A program made the position numbers and the translations under genes. The notes under the pieces were generated by a model. The model saw nothing but the letters and a program-made list of their open reading frames with translations, was not told where the DNA came from and searched no databases. Shown here piece by piece: positions 60,201 to 64,000 of a stretch of 64,000 nucleotides of DNA (positions within the stretch are counted from its first letter, which is position 1; each line of letters starts with the position of its first letter). Source of the DNA: Nibricoccus sp. (lineage in GTDB: Bacteria > Verrucomicrobiota > Verrucomicrobiia > Opitutales > Opitutaceae); assembly GCA_047602425.1 (NCBI GenBank), contig JASGHG010000001.1:2432001-2496000 (forward strand). The letters run 5' to 3'.

Positions 60201-61613
60201 GAGCGTTTGATTTGGATCGGCAGCGACTTGGCGCAGCAGGTTCAAAAAGTGGCCGGCGAAGTTCTCGACCGTGGTGCGTTCGAGCAGATCCGAGCAATAT
60301 TCGAAGCGGCCGCGGTAGCCGCCTGCAATCTCATTGAGGTGAAGACTTAAATCGAATTGGGCGAAGCCGGGATCGAAATGAATTTCTTCCATGCCCAAAT
60401 TTCCGAGCTTCAATTCTGTCTTCGGCAGAATTTGGAGCATGGCTTGGAAGAGTGGGTTGCGGCTGGTGTCCCGCGCCAGATGCAATTGCTCGACGACTTG
60501 TTGGAAAGGGACCTCGCGATGCGAGAAAGCGTCCAGCGCGAGCTCCCGCGTGCGCTTTAGGTGCTGATTGAAGGTTTGCCCGGGAGTCGTCTCGCAGCGC
60601 AGGGCAAGGATATTGAGGAAATTACCAATGAGAGGCTGCACGTCGTCCGACGAACGGTTGGCGACCGGCGTCCCGATAACGACTTCGGACGCGTTCGAAT
60701 AGCGATGGAGAATCGCCGAGAACGCAGCCAGCACAACCATGAAGAAGGTACAATCCTGCGCGGTCGCCAGCGTTTGCAGTTGCGCGCACAAGGGGCCGGG
60801 AATTTCGAGAAAAACGTTGCCGCCCTTGAAGGATTGCACACTGGGGCGTGGCTTGTCCCACGGAAGCTCAAGCACTGGCAGGGGCCCCTTGAGCCGTTCC
60901 TTCCAAAACGAAAGCTGGGCCGCCCGGTTTGCCGTCGTGACTTCGCTTCTTTCCCAGGCCGCGAAATCGGCATACTGTACGGGAAGCGGCGGCAGCGTCG
61001 GTTTCAGCCCGCCGGAGAAGGCTTGGTAGGTTGCATCAAGTTCGTTAATGAGGAGCGAAAGCGAAAGTCCGTCGGCGAGGATGTGATGCAGGTTGACCAA
61101 CAACGCATATTCGGAGTCACCGAGTGTGAGTAGGGACACACGGAGCAAAGGCAATTTGGTCAGGTCGAACGGTTTTTTTGCCTCGGCTAAAAGGCGGTCG
61201 TGCAGCGCTTTTTCGCGAGCCTGTCCGGCGGGAATTTGTTGAAGGTCCTCGCGTTCAATTTTTAACTCCCACGCGGGCTGGACCTCCTGAACGGCATCTC
61301 CGTCTATCGCGGAAAATGTCGTGCGCAGTATTTCGTGCCGCTTAATAACTTCGCAGAAGGCCGCTTCCAGGGCCGCGACGTGGATTGTCCCGGTAACTTT
61401 GAACGCCATCGGCAAATGATACGCGGTCGTGCCGGGCGCCATCTGCTCGATCAACCACATCTGATGCTGCGCAAACGACAAGGGAGTCGGTCCAGCCTGG
61501 GGGCGCGCTTGAACGGTGCGCGCAGCGGCATTGGCGTTGACACCTGCTCCTTTGAGGCGGCGTTGCAGCAGCAAAAGTTTTTCGGGCGAAAGTTTTGGCG
61601 TAGCGTCGGACAT
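54237..61613 (-). CDS. Two-module NRPS, C-A(Ser)-T-C-A(Gly)-T-TE
   Basis: HHILADG and HHIVADG condensation motifs; two A domains (YTSGSTGRPKG, FTSGSTGRPKG); GGHSLL and GGYSIL carrier sites; TE motif GGYCLGG. Confidence 0.93.
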   Translation of the reverse strand: MSDATPKLSPEKLLLLQRRLKGAGVNANAAARTVQARPQAGPTPLSFAQHQMWLIEQMAPGTTAYHLPMAFKVTGTIHVAALEAAFCEVIKRHEILRTTFSAIDGDAVQEVQPAWELKIEREDLQQIPAGQAREKALHDRLLAEAKKPFDLTKLPLLRVSLLTLGDSEYALLVNLHHILADGLSLSLLINELDATYQAFSGGLKPTLPPLPVQYADFAAWERSEVTTANRAAQLSFWKERLKGPLPVLELPWDKPRPSVQSFKGGNVFLEIPGPLCAQLQTLATAQDCTFFMVVLAAFSAILHRYSNASEVVIGTPVANRSSDDVQPLIGNFLNILALRCETTPGQTFNQHLKRTRELALDAFSHREVPFQQVVEQLHLARDTSRNPLFQAMLQILPKTELKLGNLGMEEIHFDPGFAQFDLSLHLNEIAGGYRGRFEYCSDLLERTTVENFAGHFLNLLRQVAADPNQTLQEIPILSSDERQKILIDWNNTAVAYPRDVCLHQLIEAQVKRTPDASAVVFESRHLTYGELNARANQLAHFLQGRGLGPGSLVGICVERSLELVVGLLGILKAGAAYVPIDPSYPQNRVAYMLEDSQVQVLLTQQHLLKNLPSHQASTVSLDSEWGQIAEQSPAEPPNTATAADPAYMIYTSGSTGRPKGALNSHRGIVNRLLWMQDEYKLTPNDSVLQKTPFSFDVSVWEFFWPLLTGARLVVAIPGGHQDPAYLCDIICREKITVMHFVPSMLRVFLEEPGVERCRCLREVICSGEALPHDLQEAFFARLPANLENLYGPTEAAVDVTYWACQRNSQSKIVPIGRPVANTQTYVLDSHLNPLPVGLPGELHLGGVQVGLGYYNRPDLTAEKFIPDPFNTEPNARLYKTGDLARWLPDGSIEYLARIDHQVKIRGLRIELGEIESVLVQHPAVKEAVVVAREATAGDKRLVAYLVSGAAKPEIPALREHLLKQVPDYMVPAAFVFLQNLPLSANGKIDRKALPAFEPASDTAASHVRPRNEVERQVAAIWQEVLRAPQVGVCDNFFELGGHSLLALKVVSRIRQHFGRELPLSAVFSAPTVEKLALKISPSHVPAPASEALNGSSANNGTSHGGELVKVQPEPSPKRPASEPPLLSFSQERLWFLDQLEEASALNNIAFAVRLRGAFRADCLEQALAEIVRRHESLRTIFPPSENDRPPVQQILETVDFKLTVVDIPISTPSAMERAAWLKMEEIARRPMRLSRGPLFHAHLLKLAPEDHFLALTVHHIVADGWSFEVLFRELSTLYADFLDGRPAVLPPLGRQYADFAHWQHSLLKTGRLEQALKYWIDRLKGVPPLLELPTDFPRPAQQSYRGAYCERTLGPALTDKIRRLGENNNATPFMTLLAGLQAFLHRYSGQSDILVGSPVTNRSRVEFEPLIGFFVNMIPLRADFSSPLNVMQLLAQVRQSTLDALSIDELPFEMLVRALKPERNLSHAPLFQVALMFLQEDHHPLQLAGLEAKTDPVSTATSKYDLTLLAREKGDELLLWLEYSTDLFTAETAGRMLAHFECLMESMVGNPDQEISKLTLLPPDEERKILVDWNRTALAYPTEQTVHGLFEAQAARTPNSIALEHEGSRISYAELNHRAEQLAAELRGKGVGVETPVGIFVERSIDMVVALLATLKAGGYYIPLDPAFPKDRLSYMVSDAKIPVLLTQSRLVVDLPDHQAEIVQVDKLTRSTPAAREQTRHNHSTSSNLAYVLFTSGSTGRPKGVQISHRAVVNFLHSMRQEPGLRPDDVLLAITTLSFDIAGLELFLPLTTGAKVVIASREDAIDGLRLAKLIATSNTTLMQATPATWRMLIDAGWDGNPRLKILCGGEAIDRGLADQLLKRCGELWNMYGPTETTIWSTLERLKPDELITIGKPIANTQVYILDSSGRPTPPGVIGDLLIGGDGVARGYLNRPELTREKFIPNPFVQQPDARLYRTGDLARYRSDGRIEFLGRSDFQVKIRGFRIEIGEIETALAAIDGVARAVVVVREDTPGEKRLVAYLVPKQPPAAQNGSNGSSATVNLEMGALRTSLRTNLPEYMIPSTFVFLPELPLTPNGKIDRKALPEPDKIAIPEASYEPPRSPTEEKLAAMMGTLLKVPRVGRTDDFFALGGYSILAVSLFNEIEREFKRRIPLATLFRAPTVAALAAELETVSNTTKGWNSLVPIQPAGTKPRFFCVHGAGGNILLYRDLVRALGPDYPFYGLQSQGLDRKTKPLTTVQAMAEHYLEEIRALQPHGPYCLGGYCLGGTIAYEMAQRLRQEGEEVALLALFDTYNFTQMNKARALPYLWQKVSFHGRNIASLSWKDLSGYLANKIRIATDGELRALWKNLSKSLFSKRARQPGEATVQEINDAAADAYQPEIYGGSATVFKPRKNYNFFPDPKMGWGDCVTGGLEVIALPVNPHAMLMTPFVQHLARELRQRIDLIEAREIAPAGKQ

Positions 61614-61658
61614 CAACAGTCGAGAGTCATTTCGTGGTGAGCTTGGATCGTTTGGGCG

Positions 61659-64000
61659 TCAGGATTCAGCCATGAGGCGTTTCACCTCCGCATCGTCCAT
61701 TTTTTCGATTTCGGCAACAAGGCTTGCTTGAATGGCGCCTGCGAGCTGTTCGATCGTGGGACCTTCGAAAAAGTTGCGCAGGGTGAAATTGATGCCGTAG
61801 GCCCTGCGAATGCGCGAAACAATTTGCATGGCCATGAGGGAATGTCCCCCGAGGTCGAGAAACGTCTCCTGACGCCCGATCGGGGTGATACCGAGGACGT
61901 CGCCCCAGATCTCAGCTATATTTTGTTCCACTTCGTCGCGCGGTTCCTCGCCAACCGGGACGCGCTTCTTCGCCGCAGCCGATGTAGCGGTTGAAATTGG
62001 TTCGTTATTGCTGGCCACCGGATCGGGCATCTCGCTAAGCAGGTCGTCGAGATTTTCCGGACTCACCACCACTTGGGGCAGCCCGGAAGCGAGGATGCGC
62101 ATAAATGCTTCCAAACCGTCGGCGGTGAAAATGGCTTTTTCCAAGGCTTGCTGTTTCCAGCGTTCGACGCCGGGCTGGGTTTTCAAATTCACCAACTGGC
62201 CAACTTCCCGCCAGCCGGGCCAATTTATGGCAACGGTCTTTGGTCCGCCTTGCGAATTCAGATAGTGGGAGAACGCGTCGAGAAAGGCATTGGCCGCACT
62301 GTAGTCAGATTCTGCATACGGCGTGATGACCGACGTAATGGAGGAGAAGAGCACCAGGAAATCCACCTTGAGGTTGCGCAGGGCCTCATGGAGGGCGAGA
62401 GTGCCTGCGACCTTGGGGGCTAGCACGCTTTCGATTGTTTCCCTCGATTTTGCCTGGATCAATCCGGCCCGCACGATGCCGGTCGCATGGATGACGCCAT
62501 GAATGGTTCCCCATTTGGCAACGCCGGTTTCCACGATCCGCCGCATGCCCGCGCGATCGGAGGCGTCAGCCACGAGTACTTCCACTTCTCCGCCGAGCGT
62601 TTCGATTTCCCGCAGATTCTTCACGAGCTGTCTATCGGCGGCGGAGAGCGCGGTGTCGTTTGCGTAGGCACGCCACAACGAATTCGTCAAAAACGGCGTT
62701 TTCCTCGTAAGAACGAGCCGCGCCTGGCAGGTTTTGGCGAGATGTTTGGCCAGTGCGAGGCCGATGCCGCCGGTTCCGCCAGTGATAAGGTAAACGCCTT
62801 TGTGACGCAGTCCATGGCCGACGGCGTGCTTAGGCGCGAGCAGTGGTTGTTGTTGGAATCGCCGTCGCCAGCGGTACTTTCCCCGGAGGGCGATGACGTC
62901 GGCTTGATGCGACGTTTGGAATTCGCTGATGAGATGCGAGACCAGCTCGTCGAGCTTTTGTCCGGATGTCGGTAGTGAGGTTAGGTCGACCGAAAAACAG
63001 GACACACCGGGATACTCTTTCGGAATGACTCCGCACGGGCCGAGAATGGTCGCTGTCAGTGGGTTTAGCTTTTCTTCACCGGTGACTTCATGCAACCCGC
63101 AGGTGACAACACCCAGCCGGACAGTCGGTGAAACCTCCTGTTCTCCGAGAGCCTTTGCGACATGCATCAGGCTGTGGAAACCCAATTCGAGGGCTATTTC
63201 GCAACCGGCGCCGTCGGGCTGCTCGGCGCGAGACGAAAGCGGGCCCAAATGAATGACATTTAAGATTTCCTCCGCTCCGAGATCGAGCGAACCAAAGAGT
63301 TTGAGGTAATCCTCGAAACAAGCCGCGCGCAGCACATAGGAGTCGTCCGCCGTTTGATTCCAGGCGGCGCCAAACTCCGCGAGGGTCACATTCGCGCCGA
63401 GAGTATCCAGCACGTTTTTGCAGTGGTTGGCGATATCCGAAGGATCGGCAAGAATCAGCCAGCGCGTATTTTTGACCTCCGATTTTGCCTCGGAGAAACG
63501 CGTTCTCTCCCACGTTGGGACATAGAACCAATCGGAGAGATTGTGGGTTTGTTTGCGTTCTTTCCCACCTGCTTTTTCCGTTCGAGGGCCAACCGGTTCA
63601 ATCCAATGGCGTTGTTTTTCGAAAGGATAGGTCGGGAGAGATACTTTTTTGGCGCCGGCTATGACGTTGCATTTTTCCAAGGCGAGGTTTTGCCCCGCTG
63701 TCCACAACCGGCCGGCGTTGCCAAGCAGGAATTCTGCGTCGGGCAGGTTTTCGTATCCATGGCGTAACGACGAGGCGACGACCGGAGCCGCAGTGGCTGG
63801 TTTGGCCGGATGTTGCAGGGCCAGAACGCCGAGAGTGCGGCCCGGACCGACTTCGAGCAAAACGAAGTCCGGCAGCTTCCACACCTGTTCAAGCGCATCG
63901 CCGAAACGGGCGGTGCGCCGTGCGTGTTCGACCCAGTACGACGGATCCGTCGCTTTTTCCGCGGTGATCCACGTTCCCGTCACATTTGAAATGAACGGCA
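61659..64000 (-). CDS. Type I PKS module, C-terminal part (end of AT, KR, ACP); 5'-truncated by window edge
   Basis: SNVTGTW..YWVEH, LEVGPG, LPTYPFE, KR motifs ITGGTGGIG and YSAAN, ACP motif LGGHSLMA. Confidence 0.92.
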   Translation of the reverse strand, partial: PFISNVTGTWITAEKATDPSYWVEHARRTARFGDALEQVWKLPDFVLLEVGPGRTLGVLALQHPAKPATAAPVVASSLRHGYENLPDAEFLLGNAGRLWTAGQNLALEKCNVIAGAKKVSLPTYPFEKQRHWIEPVGPRTEKAGGKERKQTHNLSDWFYVPTWERTRFSEAKSEVKNTRWLILADPSDIANHCKNVLDTLGANVTLAEFGAAWNQTADDSYVLRAACFEDYLKLFGSLDLGAEEILNVIHLGPLSSRAEQPDGAGCEIALELGFHSLMHVAKALGEQEVSPTVRLGVVTCGLHEVTGEEKLNPLTATILGPCGVIPKEYPGVSCFSVDLTSLPTSGQKLDELVSHLISEFQTSHQADVIALRGKYRWRRRFQQQPLLAPKHAVGHGLRHKGVYLITGGTGGIGLALAKHLAKTCQARLVLTRKTPFLTNSLWRAYANDTALSAADRQLVKNLREIETLGGEVEVLVADASDRAGMRRIVETGVAKWGTIHGVIHATGIVRAGLIQAKSRETIESVLAPKVAGTLALHEALRNLKVDFLVLFSSITSVITPYAESDYSAANAFLDAFSHYLNSQGGPKTVAINWPGWREVGQLVNLKTQPGVERWKQQALEKAIFTADGLEAFMRILASGLPQVVVSPENLDDLLSEMPDPVASNNEPISTATSAAAKKRVPVGEEPRDEVEQNIAEIWGDVLGITPIGRQETFLDLGGHSLMAMQIVSRIRRAYGINFTLRNFFEGPTIEQLAGAIQASLVAEIEKMDDAEVKRLMAES

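Overview
GC-rich bacterial chromosomal window, most likely Verrucomicrobiota/Opitutaceae. This is an inference from the PEP-CTERM/exosortase-Prs system, Ig-repeat surface proteins and PPi-type PEPCK. Left end (1-3721): a truncated FliA-like sigma factor, a hypothetical protein, a DIP1984-like helical protein, a ~200-nt structured non-coding segment and an RtcB RNA ligase. The non-coding segment has pairing 5' and 3' ends, two hairpins and a 7-nt periodic A-rich tract. This protein + RNA + RtcB unit is the best candidate for an undescribed system. Next come a frameshifted polysaccharide-export (Wza-like) gene, an Ig-repeat pectate lyase and a PEP-CTERM protein. Housekeeping and metabolic genes follow: gnd, a B12 radical SAM enzyme, an FMN glutamate-synthase-family protein, feoAAB, PPi-PEPCK, terC, exoD, queE, queC, a deacetylase, rnd, oleC and oleD. 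From 33.4 kb there is a second PEP-CTERM paralog, prsR-prsK-prsT, an exosortase and an outer-membrane barrel. An AsnB/acyl-CoA ligase/ACP/NadE-like cassette, tailoring enzymes, a PPTase and a hybrid PKS-NRPS (Ser-Gly modules) run off the right edge. No rRNA, tRNA, CRISPR array or transposase was seen. All family calls come from motif recognition by eye, not database searches.
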